From a virus (Duplodnaviria > Caudoviricetes), in IMG/VR virus record IMGVR_UViG_3300024231_000697, positions 1-59,872 of that record: a stretch of 59,872 bases of DNA; one strand, given 5' to 3'. Below the pieces are notes generated by a model. It did not search any database and was not told the origin of the DNA. It saw only the letters and a list, made by a program, of their open reading frames with translations. The translations under genes were made by a program, and so were the position numbers. This document shows, one piece after another, positions 19,040 to 28,977 of the stretch (its first letter is position 1; the number at the start of each line of letters is the position of its first letter).

Positions 19040-19588
19040 ATGATTACAAGTTTTGTATACGTAGGGCGTGAAGCTTTAGAGATGATGTTTTTAACATTGA
19101 TGGTAATGACAGCTATTACAGCATCATGGCGAGTTTATGGCTCAGCTATTGTTGGTGTATTATCAGGTATTGTAGTAGGCTACTACGCAGGAGAACTACT
19201 AGAACCATATGAAGTAGTAATGTATGCATTGCTAAGTGCATTGATGTTTTGGTTGTTCTTTACAAGTAAAGGAATGGCAGAACATATCAAGAGTCATGTA
19301 GATGCAATTGCAACTCGACAAACAGGTGTTATTGCAGGCTTATTTGCAATTTGGTTTATATATGCACGTGAAAGTATGGAAATCTTTGTATTCATGTTCC
19401 AAGCAGTAAACAATAATCCAAATAGTTGGTTAGGCGCCGCAGTATCAGCAGCATTAGTATTTGGTAGTTTTCCAATTATCCGCAAGCATGTACAGCCAGC
19501 AACCTTATTTACAATAACACGCTATGCATTCCTAGTATTTGGACTATGGTTTGGATATGAAGCGTGGGAACATTTAGAAGGTCACTAA
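19040..19588 (+). CDS. FTR1-like iron permease (short form)
   Basis: Multi-TM protein with two RExxE motifs (REALE, RESME). Confidence 0.7.
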   Translation: MITSFVYVGREALEMMFLTLMVMTAITASWRVYGSAIVGVLSGIVVGYYAGELLEPYEVVMYALLSALMFWLFFTSKGMAEHIKSHVDAIATRQTGVIAGLFAIWFIYARESMEIFVFMFQAVNNNPNSWLGAAVSAALVFGSFPIIRKHVQPATLFTITRYAFLVFGLWFGYEAWEHLEGH

Positions 19589-19870
19589 ATGGCAGTTAAA
19601 GTATTCTTTATTGCACACATCAAGGATTTTAATGACGAATACCGAGAGTATGTAAACAAAGTAAGAGACCTGGGTGAACAACACCCGGGTTTTATCAGCC
19701 TAGAAAGTGAAGAAATTGGCGAAATTGAAATTACTATTAGCACATGGCGTAGTAGAGAAGATGTTGCTGATTGGGCGAAAGACCCAACCCATATGAGTGC
19801 TAAAGCTAAATGGCGTGAATGGTATCATTGGGTAAAAGGAATACACGTGGATGTAGTAGATGAATCCTAG
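19589..19870 (+). CDS. Antibiotic biosynthesis monooxygenase (ABM)-like protein
   Basis: HPGFISLES...ITISTW...WAKDPTHMSAK...REWY. Confidence 0.75.
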   Translation: MAVKVFFIAHIKDFNDEYREYVNKVRDLGEQHPGFISLESEEIGEIEITISTWRSREDVADWAKDPTHMSAKAKWREWYHWVKGIHVDVVDES

Positions 19871-19875
19871 TAGTA

Positions 19876-19883
19876 TATAAATA
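19876..19883 (+). promoter_or_regulatory. T4-type late promoter
   Basis: Exact TATAAATA, intergenic, followed by AAGGAG RBS. Confidence 0.6.
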
Positions 19884-19899
19884 AAAAGGAGAAGACATT

Positions 19900-20106
19900 A
19901 TGGCCATGAATCATCAGCCAAAGCCTAAAAGTCCAGATGCAGACTTAATTGCAGAATTTCTTAAAAAAGGCGGAAAAATTACTAAATGTAAAACAAAGCC
20001 AATGCCTGATGAACTTGGAATTAGTAATGTATCTTGGGGTAAAAAATTAACTAAAGTGGAAAAAGATGCAAAGCATTTACCACTAGACAATAACAAAGAC
20101 AAATGA
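19900..20106 (+). CDS. Small basic hypothetical protein
   Basis: AAGGAG RBS; LIAEFLKKGGKITKC. Confidence 0.7.
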   Translation: MAMNHQPKPKSPDADLIAEFLKKGGKITKCKTKPMPDELGISNVSWGKKLTKVEKDAKHLPLDNNKDK

Positions 20107-20330
20107 ACGTGCAAAATAATCATACATGGCCATCATGTGTTGGACTAACTTGGCAAGGTGGGAATTGGTTAAATGCAACAAACAGAACAGAAGTATGGAC
20201 TGATTTATCAAGTAGGAAGTGGCCTTTACACTTGAGATATCTTCCTACTAAATGGGTAACTTGGGACACTAATGGAGCAAGATTGAAAATTTTTAAAAGG
20301 AACAAAAAAAATGAATTCAGAAAATATTAA
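20103..20330 (+). CDS. Small Trp-rich hypothetical protein
   Basis: ATGA coupling, fills the gap between neighbours; 7 Trp in 75 aa. Confidence 0.45.
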   Translation: MNVQNNHTWPSCVGLTWQGGNWLNATNRTEVWTDLSSRKWPLHLRYLPTKWVTWDTNGARLKIFKRNKKNEFRKY

Positions 20331-20535
20331 AGGAATAGTAGTATTAATTATGGCAGTAGGACTAATGGGCCTGCTAGGTATTATAATTATAGACGAGTTT
20401 GCAATGGCATCAGAACATGATGCAGATTTAGATCAAAACATCATAGAATTACTACAAATGAGTATTACAGGTGTAATTGGTATTGTTGCTGGGTATGTTG
20501 GTGCAAAAGGCAGTTCGTGTAACTGTAAAAAGTAA
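20311..20535 (+). CDS. Small two-helix membrane protein
   Basis: Two hydrophobic segments, C-terminal CNCKK; AAGGA RBS. Confidence 0.7.
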   Translation: MNSENIKGIVVLIMAVGLMGLLGIIIIDEFAMASEHDADLDQNIIELLQMSITGVIGIVAGYVGAKGSSCNCKK

Positions 20536-20540
20536 AAACT

Positions 20541-21719
20541 ATGAAAACTCCATCTGATACATTTTGTGTTTTACCTTGGATGCATTTGGCAACAAGTGCT
20601 GGAGGAGAATTAAGGGTGTGTTGTAATAGCACCCCCAATCAAAATTTTATTAATAAAGCAGATGGAACAGCATATACTGTTTACAATGATGATATCCAAG
20701 AAGCATGGAATAGCCAAGTTTATACTGGTATAAGAAAGCAATTTTTAGATGGCGAACAGCCAGATATGTGTACTCGATGTTTTCGTGAAGAAGCATCTGG
20801 AGTTAAAAGTGCTAGAATACGTTCCAATGATAAATGGATGTTGCCTGATGCAAAGTATGAACAAGATGCAGATTTTAATATTAGGTATGTTGATATTAGA
20901 CTGGGCAATCTATGTAACCTTAAATGCCGCATGTGCAATCCTTGGGCAAGTAACCAGTGGATTAAAGAATGGACACTTATACGTCCAAATGAAACAACTG
21001 AAGAAGTTCAGCATTTAAGTAAACTAACCTGGCCTGAACATGAAAAAACTTGGGATAACTTGTTTAGTATTGTTGATAGCGTAGAGCAGATATACCTCAC
21101 AGGTGGCGAGCCAACTATTATAATGGAACAGTTAAAGCTACTGGACTATTGTATAGATAATGGTTATGCCAAGAACATTGAGCTAAAATACAACACCAAT
21201 TTAACAAACATTCCAGCTAAGTTAATTGACAGATGGAAAGAGTTTAAAATTATTAAATTGCAATGTAGTATTGATGCAGTGGGAGAGTTAGATCGTTATA
21301 TAAGGTATCCAAGTAACTGGAACAAGATACAAGAAAACTTTGATATAATACAAAGTCTAGATAACAAATATATTGAGATACATAATACCGTACAGATGTA
21401 TAATATACTTAGATTACCTGAATTCATACGATGGGCAGAGGATACTGGAAATAACATATATTTTAACATTTTAAACCATCCAAAGGAATTAAATATCAGG
21501 GTATTACCAAAATCTTTAAAGGAATTAGCTAAAAAGCAACTCCAGCCATATACACATATTGATAAAGTACAAGGCATTATTGATTATATGATGGAAGAAG
21601 ATTGGAGTGATTACTACGATGATTTTTTAAAGTATACATATGCATTAGATATGAATAGAAATGAAAACTTGTATGATTTAATACCAGAGTTTAAAATTAG
21701 TAACAGAGACAATTTATGA
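20541..21719 (+). CDS. Radical SAM protein with N-terminal SPASM/twitch-like domain (type A)
   Basis: CVLPW...RVCC...CTRC then CNLKCRMC, TGGEP, YNTN, YIRYPSNW. Confidence 0.9.
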   Translation: MKTPSDTFCVLPWMHLATSAGGELRVCCNSTPNQNFINKADGTAYTVYNDDIQEAWNSQVYTGIRKQFLDGEQPDMCTRCFREEASGVKSARIRSNDKWMLPDAKYEQDADFNIRYVDIRLGNLCNLKCRMCNPWASNQWIKEWTLIRPNETTEEVQHLSKLTWPEHEKTWDNLFSIVDSVEQIYLTGGEPTIIMEQLKLLDYCIDNGYAKNIELKYNTNLTNIPAKLIDRWKEFKIIKLQCSIDAVGELDRYIRYPSNWNKIQENFDIIQSLDNKYIEIHNTVQMYNILRLPEFIRWAEDTGNNIYFNILNHPKELNIRVLPKSLKELAKKQLQPYTHIDKVQGIIDYMMEEDWSDYYDDFLKYTYALDMNRNENLYDLIPEFKISNRDNL

Positions 21720-22789
21720 AACATTACTTGTCTACACCTGTAACACTACAAATGGAAATTAGTAGTATGTGTAATGCATTATGTCTTGGTTGTGCTAGAA
21801 CAGATACCGCTAATTATAACACTAAGCGGCCTAATATACCAAAAAAGCAGTTTATTGATCTTGATACAATACGAAAGATATTTCAAGGTTTTACTACTGT
21901 AACTGAATTAGACTTTTGTGGTACTGTAGATGATCCATTTATGCATCCGTATTTTAATCAAGTGCTGGAAATTGCACTTGATTGTGGAATAAAAAGAGTA
22001 ATAATACATACAAATGGTGGAGCTAGACAGCCAGAATATTTTAGAGAAACATCACGCATATTACAACAATTTGAAAGTGCCGTAATAAGATTTAATATAG
22101 ACGGACTTTCTGATACTAACCACTTATACAGGCAGAATACAAAATACAAAAGAATTATAGAAAATGCTACTGCATTTATACAAGAAGGTGGTCAAGCAGA
22201 ATGGCAATTTTTAGTATTTCCGTGGAACAAGCATCAATTACAAGAAGCAGAAGATTTAGCCAACTCTATGGGATTTGATAAGTTTCAGTATAGAGTGGAT
22301 CGTAGTAATGCTAGTGAAATTGGACTTGATAAAATAAACCTTGCAAAGACTGGAACCAAAATGGAGGCCTATCATTTTACACCTGAACGTTTAATGGAAA
22401 AAACTAGAGAGTTCGAAGATAATGAAATATCATGCCACTTCAGTGAAGATAAGATGTACTTTATAGACTTTAATGCTAGACTATGGCCATGTTGTTTTTT
22501 GCGTAACCAGGATTTTTTTGGAGATGGAGTAAATCATGGAGTTATTGTAAATAATAATATGTACAAAGTCTATGATGATCCTGATTGGAATAGATTGGAT
22601 ATAAACTCAGTAACAGATGTTCTTAATCATCCATTTTATGCTAATGATTTAATAGAAAGTTTTGATGCAAAATACGGATTAGGAAGAGCAAAGAAAATAA
22701 CAAAGTGCGCAATGACTTGTGGTAAAAAAGCAAGAGCTAGAGATAAAGATCATCACATGTGGAAAGAAGAAAGAGAAAATGAAAATTAG
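21716..22789 (+). CDS. Radical SAM protein with C-terminal twitch-like domain (type B)
   Basis: CNALCLGC, CGTVDDPFMHP, HTNGG, IDGL; C-terminal C..LWPCC...CAMTCG. Confidence 0.9.
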   Translation: MKHYLSTPVTLQMEISSMCNALCLGCARTDTANYNTKRPNIPKKQFIDLDTIRKIFQGFTTVTELDFCGTVDDPFMHPYFNQVLEIALDCGIKRVIIHTNGGARQPEYFRETSRILQQFESAVIRFNIDGLSDTNHLYRQNTKYKRIIENATAFIQEGGQAEWQFLVFPWNKHQLQEAEDLANSMGFDKFQYRVDRSNASEIGLDKINLAKTGTKMEAYHFTPERLMEKTREFEDNEISCHFSEDKMYFIDFNARLWPCCFLRNQDFFGDGVNHGVIVNNNMYKVYDDPDWNRLDINSVTDVLNHPFYANDLIESFDAKYGLGRAKKITKCAMTCGKKARARDKDHHMWKEERENEN

Positions 22790-23303
22790 TAAATTTATTA
22801 GAACTGTACCAGATTACCCAGTACTAGGAGTTAACTTTTATGATATGAATAGTTTGTTTAGTAGTAATGTATGGCCAGATGTGGTTAAGGATATGGCAGA
22901 CAGTATTACTTTAAATGGAGAGTTTGATTACCCAACACATATTATTGGTATTGAAAGCAGAGGATTTGTTATTGGAGCTGCATTAGCACAGGAACTAAAC
23001 ATTCCATTTACTATGGTTAGAAAAGATGGGGCTAAATACCCAGGTAAGTTACTAAAAGAAACATACGAACTTGAATATGGAAGTGATACACTGACATTAC
23101 AAGAAGGTATACTTGGTCACACTAGTAGAGTTATTATTGCAGACGATTTAGTAGCAACAGGCGGCAGTATGATGGCCACCAAACGACTAGTAGAGAAAAC
23201 AGGTGCTACTGCATTAGGCGGAGTTACTATCGTAAACTTAAAATATTTAAACAATAATATGGAAAGATTTCCAATAATAACAACATATGAGGTGACAGAA
23301 TGA
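22779..23303 (+). CDS. apt: Adenine phosphoribosyltransferase
   Basis: RTVPDYP, GIESRGF, YELEYG, PRPP-binding IADDLVATGGS. Confidence 0.9.
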   Translation: MKISKFIRTVPDYPVLGVNFYDMNSLFSSNVWPDVVKDMADSITLNGEFDYPTHIIGIESRGFVIGAALAQELNIPFTMVRKDGAKYPGKLLKETYELEYGSDTLTLQEGILGHTSRVIIADDLVATGGSMMATKRLVEKTGATALGGVTIVNLKYLNNNMERFPIITTYEVTE

Positions 23304-23677
23304 TTACAATAACAGAAAAAGCAGCAGAACATTTAAGAAACATTAGTGAAGCAAACGATGGGAAATTTCCAAAACTAGCAGTTAAAGGCGGCGGTTGTGC
23401 TGGATTTAGTTACGATTGGTCACTAGTATCTACGGATCAAATAGACGATATGAGTGATGAAGTAATTGCATTGCCTGATGGTGGTAATATGGTTGTTGAT
23501 GGTATGAGCGTTATGTACTTGTTTGGTACTCAATTAGAACTCAATACTTCATTATTTGGTACTACATTGGAAATAGTTAACCCGTCAGCACAAAGTTCAT
23601 GTGGTTGCGGAGAAAGTATCAACTTTGATATGGACGCAGTTGCAGAAAACTACGATAAATTTAATTTGCCAGAATAA
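23300..23677 (+). CDS. iscA: A-type Fe-S carrier (IscA/SufA/HesB)
   Basis: ITITEKA, GGGCAGFSY, NPSAQSSCGCGES. Confidence 0.92.
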   Translation: MITITEKAAEHLRNISEANDGKFPKLAVKGGGCAGFSYDWSLVSTDQIDDMSDEVIALPDGGNMVVDGMSVMYLFGTQLELNTSLFGTTLEIVNPSAQSSCGCGESINFDMDAVAENYDKFNLPE

Positions 23678-23693
23678 TTTGTAAAGAATTATA

Positions 23694-23722
23694 TTGACTT
23701 GTATACAAGAATAGCATATAAT
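23694..23722 (+). promoter_or_regulatory. Sigma70-type promoter
   Basis: TTGACT-17bp-TATAAT. Confidence 0.75.
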
Positions 23723-23751
23723 ATTAAAACAAACTAAAGGACAATACAATA

Positions 23752-24108
23752 ATGACTAACGTATTTGAAGACGTAAATAAATTTGGTACAGCATGTGATC
23801 AACCTGCGAGTGAAGCAAACTATAAAATGTATCTTGATCTAATCCGTGAAGAAACGGATGAACTAGAAGAAGCTATCCAAGACGAAGACAAAGTAGAACA
23901 ACTAGACGCACTAGTTGACATTCTAGTTGTAACTGTAGGTGCTATTCGTGCCGCAGGATGGGATGGCGAAGCTGCATGGCGTGAAGTAATGAACACTAAC
24001 TTTGCAAAGATTGACGCAGACACAGGCAAAGTACGCAAGCGTGAAGATGGTAAAGTGCTAAAGCCAGAAGGTTGGAAAGCACCAGAACTAGAACAGTTTG
24101 TTAAGTAA
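23752..24108 (+). CDS. MazG-like all-alpha NTP pyrophosphohydrolase
   Basis: LIREETDEL...EQLDALVD, NFAK...REDGKVLKP. Confidence 0.85.
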   Translation: MTNVFEDVNKFGTACDQPASEANYKMYLDLIREETDELEEAIQDEDKVEQLDALVDILVVTVGAIRAAGWDGEAAWREVMNTNFAKIDADTGKVRKREDGKVLKPEGWKAPELEQFVK

Positions 24109-24383
24109 TGCTATCACATAAAGATAAAGCTCTTGAAGATATGGACTTCTTTGAATCAACAGAATTTGAGAAATTCATGCTTAAAAAAGTGCTAGCTGCA
24201 AGCAAGGCTGGTATGACAGATAGAGTAATTGAACAATTACAATTCTTCCTTAGTCTTATTAGGGAACAAAAGAAAACAGCACAAGAATTAGGGCGTACTA
24301 ATTTTAATGATGGTGTAACTGTAAACTTAGGTGGTGAGGATATTCCAGAACCAACTGACGAAGACGAAGAGACGAATGACTAA
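24108..24383 (+). CDS. Hypothetical protein
   Basis: Coupled TAATG overlap; acidic C-terminus. Confidence 0.6.
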   Translation: MLSHKDKALEDMDFFESTEFEKFMLKKVLAASKAGMTDRVIEQLQFFLSLIREQKKTAQELGRTNFNDGVTVNLGGEDIPEPTDEDEETND

Positions 24384-24885
24384 AATGAACGCAAATAATC
24401 AAATGGTAATAGGTGAGCAAGATATTGTACATGGATGGCTTACCGGACGTGCAATTTCACATGCGACTGTGGAAGATATTACACCTATAAATATATACAA
24501 TGAATGGTGCAATACATTTGATTTACAAGATACAATTATTCCTACATTAGAAAATAACAATGCTGACTACGTTAACAATGCTATTGCTAACTGGAATATG
24601 CCACAAGAATACAAAGATATAAATATCGTTGAATACTTGTTGGAAAAAACGACTAACAAACAGCAACATGATCGTGTTGTTATGGAACTTGAACTATTCC
24701 TTGATAGAGGAATGGAACCAGTACTAAAATTTCTAATATACCTAGTAAACATATGTCAACAAAATGATGTAGTATTGGGCGTTGGACGTGGAAGTAGTGT
24801 TGCAAGCTATTGCTTATATCTTATAGGTATACATTGTATAGATAGTATAAAGTATGAACTAGATATAAAAGAGTTCTTAAAATAA
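24376..24885 (+). CDS. Stand-alone fragment of DNA polymerase III alpha (DnaE)-like domain
   Basis: RVVMELELF...GVGRGSSVASYCLYLIGI..IDSIKYEL...FLK. Confidence 0.75.
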   Translation: MTKMNANNQMVIGEQDIVHGWLTGRAISHATVEDITPINIYNEWCNTFDLQDTIIPTLENNNADYVNNAIANWNMPQEYKDINIVEYLLEKTTNKQQHDRVVMELELFLDRGMEPVLKFLIYLVNICQQNDVVLGVGRGSSVASYCLYLIGIHCIDSIKYELDIKEFLK

Positions 24886-24903
24886 TTACAAGGAGATTTT
24901 AAA

Positions 24904-25293
24904 ATGAAATCAATTAAAACAGCAAGGGGTCAAACACTTGATATGAGTGCATTGGCAGCTAAGAATGAAAAAACACGTGCAATCAGTAATGTGCCAGTTA
25001 ACGCACGTGGTGATATTATTGATAACCGTGGAGAAGTCAAAGTATCAAAAGAAGAATTATCAGCAGAGTTTTATAAAAATCACGTACCAGGAGCAGATGT
25101 AAAATCTGTACCAGTATCTGAAGAACCAACAACAAGTAAAACTAAAGCAAAGAAATCTACTCCAGCAGAGCCTCTTGAAATTAACAGAACTGCTAAAACA
25201 CGCAGTGATGGCTCAACATATATTGAAGTTGAATACGACGATGGCAGTATGCAAGAGCTAGATATGGAATCAGATGAAGGAAATTCACTATGA
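24904..25293 (+). CDS. Hypothetical protein
   Basis: AAGGAG RBS; TARGQTLDM...NARGDII. Confidence 0.75.
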   Translation: MKSIKTARGQTLDMSALAAKNEKTRAISNVPVNARGDIIDNRGEVKVSKEELSAEFYKNHVPGADVKSVPVSEEPTTSKTKAKKSTPAEPLEINRTAKTRSDGSTYIEVEYDDGSMQELDMESDEGNSL

Positions 25294-25607
25294 CTGAAAT
25301 AACCGCACTAAGAGGTAAGATATTAGCAGAACTGGTGGAACCACCAAATGGACATCGCACACTCGCAAGTGGACTTATTTTAAAAGATGAAGACAAAGCA
25401 CACACTGGCATTAGACCAAGATGGTTTAAAATTTATAGCGTGGGTACTGATATTGATTGGGTTAAACCAGGACAATTTGTATTCGTAGCACATGGACGCT
25501 GGAGTAATGGTGTTAAGTTAGATGATAATACTAAAATTTATCAACTAGATAATGAAGAATGCTTAATGATTAGCGACACTAACCCAGTAACAGAAACAAT
25601 TGGATAA
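25290..25607 (+). CDS. GroES/Cpn10-like co-chaperonin
   Basis: RTLASGLIL mobile-loop-like segment, SVG...VKPGQFV. Confidence 0.65.
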   Translation: MTEITALRGKILAELVEPPNGHRTLASGLILKDEDKAHTGIRPRWFKIYSVGTDIDWVKPGQFVFVAHGRWSNGVKLDDNTKIYQLDNEECLMISDTNPVTETIG

Positions 25608-26259
25608 TAAAATGAAAAACAATGCAGACCAAATAAAAGAAGCACTTTCCATTGCAATGGATATTGTAGATAATTCAAACTTAACATCAGCAGCGGCACC
25701 AAGTGGCCCACCAAAACAACCAGGAATGGTTATGTGGGAGGCTGGTATTTACTACATGAGTGACGCATTCACTGATGCTTCTTGTAAACCAATTGTAAAT
25801 TGGATTATTGAAAAGAACTTACTACCAGATAGCGAACGTCCTGAAAAACTAACATTGGTTATTAACAGTCCAGGTGGCAGTGTACATGCTGCATTTGCTC
25901 TTATTGACACAATAAAAGGTTCAGCTATTCCTGTACACACAGTAGGGCTAGGAATGATTGCAAGTTGTGGTATTTTAACATTTATGGCAGGTGCAAAAGG
26001 TCATCGTACACTTACTCCTAACACAAGTATTTTGTCACACCAATATTCATGGGGTTCAGGCGGTAAAGAACACGAACTATTTGCTCGTGTTAGAGAGTTT
26101 GAACTATCATCAGCTCGTATGTTAGAACACTATAAGAAATGTACTGGATTATCAGAAAAGAAGATTCGTGATATCTTATTGCCAGCAGAAGATGTATGGC
26201 TAACTGCTGAAGAAGCAGTCAAATATGGTATAGCAGATAAGATTACGGAAACTTACTAA
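25600..26259 (+). CDS. clpP: ClpP-like serine protease
   Basis: INSPGGSV, GMIASCG, ILSHQ, DVWLTAEEAVKYGIAD. Confidence 0.88.
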   Translation: MDNKMKNNADQIKEALSIAMDIVDNSNLTSAAAPSGPPKQPGMVMWEAGIYYMSDAFTDASCKPIVNWIIEKNLLPDSERPEKLTLVINSPGGSVHAAFALIDTIKGSAIPVHTVGLGMIASCGILTFMAGAKGHRTLTPNTSILSHQYSWGSGGKEHELFARVREFELSSARMLEHYKKCTGLSEKKIRDILLPAEDVWLTAEEAVKYGIADKITETY

Positions 26260-27693
26260 ATGACTAAAAAGCCTCAGACAGAAAAACCTCCATTCTTAGG
26301 TAAAAAAGAGATGGAAAATGTGTTGTCTGAGGCAGGCATTCCAAACCCGCATACTTTTTGTTTAGCTCCTTATATGAATGGAGATCTAGATCAAGATGGC
26401 ACAGTATATACGTGCTATCGTGGTAAAACAGAACTTGGTAATTGGAAAGAGGATCCTTTTTCTGAGTCATTTAACGGTGGCCCAATGAAAAATGTACGCC
26501 AACAATTATGGGATGGCGAAATTATAAAAAACTGTGAAAGTTGCCAGGAAGCTGAAGCAAATAACAGTATTAGTCCTAGGATTAACTTTTTTAATCGTTT
26601 ATATATTCCAGAACCTTGGGAAGATACATCTACTTTTTATGACATACTACCAGACTTACTTGAACAGATATCTGAAGATCCACAACATGGAAATATATCA
26701 GATATTCAACGCACAGAAATAAGGCCTAGTAGTCTTTGCAACCAGAGGTGCATGCATTGTAACCCAGAATCCAGCACCAAGTGGATCGAAGCTTTGTCTA
26801 AAAAAGAAAACCATGATCAAGTAATAAATCAAGTGGAAATACACACTGAAGAAGACCATCAAAGATCTGTACTAGGGCTAATGAAAGGTGGCGGAATAGT
26901 TATACCTCATGACCAACTTTCTAAATTTTATAAAGGCTCATTAACAAGTGCATCTAAGTATGAGGATGAAGTTGTATCTGTATTAAACTCAAGTAACGAG
27001 ATAGCATTTACTGGTGGTGAGCCACTTATGAATCCTGAACATGAAAGCCAACTTGATTACATTGTTAATGTATCTAAGACAGCTGGTACTAAGACACTAT
27101 CATATAATACTAATTTAAATGTAAAAGATATTAGCAGATATTTTAAGTATTGGCAAAAGTTTCAAGTTATGAATTTAAGAATAAGTATTGATAGTGATCT
27201 TGCTGGATATGAATATTTTAGAACATATGGTAATATGGAAGTGCTTAAAGAAAACTTAAAACTTGTAAAAGAACAACAAAAAATACACCCTGGACATTTT
27301 ATTTTAAGTGGTACAGTTACATTTGGTATGCTAAGTGCATTGCGTTGGAAACAAATTATAGCTGATTGGACAGAGTATGGTTTGGAATTTCACACCAGCC
27401 TAATACTTAAACACCCAATTAGTGTAAAATGGCTACCAAAGCCTCTGGCAGACAAAGCACTTGAAGAGATGCAATGGTGTCTAGATAATCTAGATACATT
27501 TGGTGATATTAGTAAAAGACAGAAAAAGAAAATAGTGCATCATACTAAAGATTGTATGGCATACATAAGTGGATTCAACAATCAATTTGATATGATGCCA
27601 CCACGTACTAGAGAATATATATTGTTTGCTGACCGGTCAAGCGGCAACAATTATAAAGATTATTATCCAGAATTAATTCCATTTATGGAATAG
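26260..27693 (+). CDS. Radical SAM protein, N-terminal twitch-like domain (type A)
   Basis: CLAPY...YTC...CESC then CNQRCMHC, TGGEP, YNTN. Confidence 0.88.
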   Translation: MTKKPQTEKPPFLGKKEMENVLSEAGIPNPHTFCLAPYMNGDLDQDGTVYTCYRGKTELGNWKEDPFSESFNGGPMKNVRQQLWDGEIIKNCESCQEAEANNSISPRINFFNRLYIPEPWEDTSTFYDILPDLLEQISEDPQHGNISDIQRTEIRPSSLCNQRCMHCNPESSTKWIEALSKKENHDQVINQVEIHTEEDHQRSVLGLMKGGGIVIPHDQLSKFYKGSLTSASKYEDEVVSVLNSSNEIAFTGGEPLMNPEHESQLDYIVNVSKTAGTKTLSYNTNLNVKDISRYFKYWQKFQVMNLRISIDSDLAGYEYFRTYGNMEVLKENLKLVKEQQKIHPGHFILSGTVTFGMLSALRWKQIIADWTEYGLEFHTSLILKHPISVKWLPKPLADKALEEMQWCLDNLDTFGDISKRQKKKIVHHTKDCMAYISGFNNQFDMMPPRTREYILFADRSSGNNYKDYYPELIPFME

Positions 27694-27697
27694 TTAC

Positions 27698-27726
27698 TTG
27701 ACTTTTCAACAACAATACATTATAAT
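27698..27726 (+). promoter_or_regulatory. Sigma70-type promoter
   Basis: TTGACT-17bp-TATAAT. Confidence 0.75.
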
Positions 27727-27755
27727 AAAAGCATAAATCAAAGAATAGGAATAAT

Positions 27756-28703
27756 TTGAATATGAAGATTATCGCAGGAAACAGTAACACTGGTCTCGCC
27801 CAGCAGATTGCAGATCATTGTTTTGCTACACTTGTACCAGCAGACATTAAAGCATTTGCTGATGGTGAGAGTAGTGTAGAATTTTTAGAAAACATACGTG
27901 GTGAAGATGTTTTTATAATCCAAAGTACAAGTACACCAGTAAACGATAATTTAATGGAATTAATGGTTATGATTGATGCTGCCAAACGTAGTAGTGCTAA
28001 ACGTATTACCGCAGTGATTCCATATTTTGGTTATGCAAGACAAGATCGTAAGAGTGCAAGTCGTACACCAATTACTGCAAAACTGGTGGCAGATTTGTTA
28101 ACAACCGCAGGTGCTAATAGAGTACTTACAATGGACTTACACGCAGGACAGATACAGGGCTTCTTTGATATTCCAGTGGACGATTTAACAAGCCGTATTG
28201 CATTTGCCAAGGATATTCAAAAGAATGTTGACACAACAGTAGGCACAGTATTTGTTTCACCAGACGCAGGTGGTACAGTACGAGCTCGTAAGTTTGCTGA
28301 TATGTTTAATGGCGACATTGCTATTGTAGACAAGCGCCGCCCACGTGCAGGTGAAAGTGAAGTAATGGGACTTATTGGTGACGTTAAAGGACAGCATGCT
28401 ATCCTAGTAGACGACATTATCGACAGCGGCGGTACATTGTGCAACGCCGCACAAGCAATTATGAACGCAGGTGCATTAAGTGTTAGAGCTTATATTACAC
28501 ATGGTGTATTAACTGGCAAGGCATGTCAGAAAGTAGAAGCTAGTGTACTAGAAGAACTTGTAATCACTGATAGTATTAATTTTAGGTGCCCTGCAAACCA
28601 TGTAAAAACACGTGTGGTAAGTGTAAGCCAAATGTTTGGTGAAGCTATTCGACGTGTAACTAACGAAGAGTCAGTAAGTAGTCTCTTCACACAGAAATTA
28701 TAG
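27756..28703 (+). CDS. prs: Ribose-phosphate pyrophosphokinase
   Basis: [44 protein letters not shown]. Confidence 0.97.
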   Translation: MNMKIIAGNSNTGLAQQIADHCFATLVPADIKAFADGESSVEFLENIRGEDVFIIQSTSTPVNDNLMELMVMIDAAKRSSAKRITAVIPYFGYARQDRKSASRTPITAKLVADLLTTAGANRVLTMDLHAGQIQGFFDIPVDDLTSRIAFAKDIQKNVDTTVGTVFVSPDAGGTVRARKFADMFNGDIAIVDKRRPRAGESEVMGLIGDVKGQHAILVDDIIDSGGTLCNAAQAIMNAGALSVRAYITHGVLTGKACQKVEASVLEELVITDSINFRCPANHVKTRVVSVSQMFGEAIRRVTNEESVSSLFTQKL

Positions 28704-28712
28704 GATATTAAA

Positions 28713-28943
28713 ATGGCAACAGGTAAAAATAGTAAAAAGTCTAATAAGCTACACAACATGTTTAATAAAAATCAACAACAAACTACACGGCGTAGTGAAA
28801 TTGTAGAACAATCGCATTATGTTGTAAAAATGTTTATTGGTGATACACTGGTAGAAGAACGACCAATTATTGGACACAGTAAAAGTTATGCTGAGGATTG
28901 TGCTGAAAACTGGGATAACGGAATTATTGACTTATCAAATTAA
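28713..28943 (+). CDS. Hypothetical protein
   Basis: AGGA RBS; YAEDCAENW. Confidence 0.65.
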   Translation: MATGKNSKKSNKLHNMFNKNQQQTTRRSEIVEQSHYVVKMFIGDTLVEERPIIGHSKSYAEDCAENWDNGIIDLSN

Positions 28944-28954
28944 TAGTGTATAAT
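28927..28954 (+). promoter_or_regulatory. Sigma70-type promoter
   Basis: TTGACT-16bp-TATAAT. Confidence 0.6.
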
Positions 28955-28977
28955 ACTAACAAAAGCGGAGAAAAATA

